Shown here piece after piece: positions 63,577 through 64,000 of a DNA stretch of 64,000 nt. The DNA comes from Phoronis australis (lineage: Eukaryota; Animalia; Phoronida), in assembly GCA_002633005.1 (NCBI GenBank), contig NMRA01000317.1, forward strand, positions 78,849 through 142,848, read 5' to 3'. The notes beneath the pieces are model-generated. The model had not been told where the DNA came from, searched no databases, and saw nothing but the letters and a program-made list of their open reading frames with translations. Position numbers and translations under genes: made by a program. Each line of letters opens with the position of its first letter. Position 1 is the first letter of the stretch.

Positions 63577-63760
63577 TACCGTAATCGTTCGGGTTAACGC
63601 CCTGGGCGGTTAAATTGGCAAACTCAAAAAATCGGGGGTGGGCGGTTAACCAGACATGGGCGCTTAAACGTGAAATTTCAAGAAATCCAGGGTGGGCGGT
63701 TAACCGAACATGGGCGCTTATTACGACAGGCAACCGCCCTGGGCGGTTAATCTTACCTCG
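63577..63760 (+). mobile_element. Left end of a TACCGTA-start pogo/mariner-like element with gggcggttaa/gggcgctta subterminal repeats
   Basis: taccgtaatcgttcgggttaacgccc, then about 6 gggcg(g/c)tta motifs. Homologous to 26345-26485. Confidence 0.6.
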
Positions 63761-64000
63761 TACTCGGAACGCGTAGTACTTTTCAAAGAGCGTTATCGTC
63801 ACGTCGCCACATGACGAGAAAAATGTCATAACAGCGGATGATCCCAACAAAGATTCTCTTGCCCTCAGATTAGTTATTCACTGTTAAATTTACAGAATTA
63901 CTGAGTAATAGCCCCGTGGCGTCCTGCGGTCTTGTTACTTTGCCCTCTAGAGCGCAGACGACCAGTGACCACGCAGCCTCTACTTGGATTGCAACTATTT

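Noticed and set aside
63458-63850. 130-aa minus-strand ORF as a candidate SKI first exon
   Set aside because: No DHD/SAND motifs. The repeats (SAHV.LTAHP.F.E) derive from transposon subterminal repeats.

Overview
Eukaryotic, intron-rich, AT-rich animal DNA. It is probably from a non-vertebrate bilaterian, possibly a marine deuterostome, but the species cannot be determined from the window. Two genes lie tail-to-tail. (1) On +, the 3' part of an ARHGEF10/ARHGEF10L-family Rho-GEF: 11 phase-consistent GT-AG coding exons from 628 to the stop at 32668 (PH-like region plus WD40-like propeller); the DH domain must lie upstream of the window. (2) On -, the 3' part of a SKI/SnoN-family Smad co-repressor: 6 phase-consistent exons from 55461 down to the stop at 41546 (SAFRPWSP, GPPVLLNPERVVP and APNVSLAP motifs, C-terminal coiled coil); the DHD/SAND exon must lie beyond 64000. 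Introns carry non-autonomous DNA elements (Helentron-associated HINE-like elements, several MITE families, a tRNA-derived SINE) and minisatellites. Two single-N gaps with duplicated flanks look like assembly artefacts. Best leads: (a) 8mer seed sites for all three let-7-complex miRNAs (miR-100, let-7 x2, miR-125) plus miR-8/200 in the SKI 3'UTR; (b) HINE-like elements carrying co-oriented CTCF-like motifs at about 145 bp spacing, with a decayed inverted copy between the two genes; (c) tandem repeats that duplicate splice sites at three exons. No prokaryotic-type system, intact transposase, rRNA, genuine tRNA gene or CRISPR array is supported.
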